From: Zootoca vivipara
Taxonomy: Eukaryota
DNA length: 64,000 bases
NCBI RefSeq assembly: GCF_963506605.1
Contig: NC_083277.1
Location: 44,578,001 to 44,642,000, forward strand
Reading direction: 5' to 3'
The position numbers were made by a program, and so were the translations under genes. Below are positions 63,427-64,000 of this stretch, piece by piece (position 1 is the stretch's first letter; each line of letters starts with the position of its first letter). The notes below the pieces were generated by a model that saw only the letters and a list, made by a program, of their open reading frames with translations, did not search any database and had not been told where the DNA came from.

Positions 63427-64000
63427 AAAGGTAAAGGTACCCCTGACCGTTAGGTCCAGTCGTGGACGACTCTGGGTTTGTGGCGCTCATCTCGCTCTAT
63501 AGGCCGAGGGAGCTGGTGTTTGCCTGCAGACAGCTTCCGGGTCATGTGACCAGCATGACTAAGCCGCTTCTGGAGAACCAGAGCAGCACACGGAAACAGG
63601 ACCATCTTAAGCATGCCCGGCGCCCCCCCCCCGCCCCCCAGCGTGGTGGGCGGGCGCTGTGCGCAGGGGGGCTGCCGCAGGCGCAGCCGCACTGCGCCAC
63701 CCAGCCTACCGTAGGGCCGGCCCTGGGTCAGGGGGCGCTTCCCGCCCCCTGTTGTGACGCCCCTGTGCACGGCAGAGGCGGCCCCAGGCCCGCGCGCCTC
63801 CAGAGAGCGGCTTGAAGCCGCTGAACAACGGAGGCGCGCCTGGGGCAGCCTCAGCTGTGCCTCTCAGTGGGCGCAGTGACGCCCCTGGTGGCCTGGCGCC
63901 CTGGTGCCCCGCGCTACCAGGGGCGGGCCTAGAGCCAGCCCTGCACGGAAATGCTGTTTACCTTCCAGCCGGAACGGTGCCTGTTTATCTACTTGCACTT
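63427..64000 (-). mobile_element. Sauria-type SINE interrupted by a hAT MITE; runs off the window
   Basis: AAAGGTAAAGGTA tail and CAGCTTCCGGGTCATGTGACCAGCATGACTAAGCCGC. The SINE body resumes after 63951. Confidence 0.85.
63597..63943. mobile_element. GC-rich hAT MITE, copy 3 (related termini, inverted, different interior)
   Basis: CAGGACCATCTTAAG...CCTAGAGCCAGCCCTG. Exact TSD CACGGAAA at 63589-63596 and 63944-63951. Confidence 0.9.

Larger units (their letters stand above)
59861..64000 (+). other. Intron 1 of parapinopsin (continues beyond the window)
   Basis: GTGAGT donor. No exon encoding the rest of TM3 and the (D/E)R motif was found before 64000. Confidence 0.8.

Overview
This is eukaryotic, AT-rich, repeat-rich vertebrate DNA, most likely from a lizard. 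Sauria-type SINEs, Bov-B LINE tails and a parapinopsin gene point to Squamata. The only host coding sequence I can support is exon 1 of a parapinopsin-type (pineal/parietal-eye) opsin at 59533-59860 (+), preceded by candidate CRX/OTX motifs; its intron 1 runs off the window. The preceding ~59 kb has no recognisable host exon. It holds many transposable elements: hAT MITEs with 8-bp target-site duplications (TSDs), Tc1/mariner-pogo MITEs flanked by TA, a solo LTR with a CCAAT-box array, fragments of L1/Tx1, L2, CR1, RTE and Bov-B LINEs, and SINEs. It also holds three copies of a Penelope-like element. One copy keeps an open GIY-YIG endonuclease frame and a complete minimal hammerhead ribozyme motif (16243-16280, -). 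Assembly gaps lie at 2886-3024 and 49024-49246. Family names come from motif recognition, not database searches, and almost all ORFs in the supplied track are spurious.
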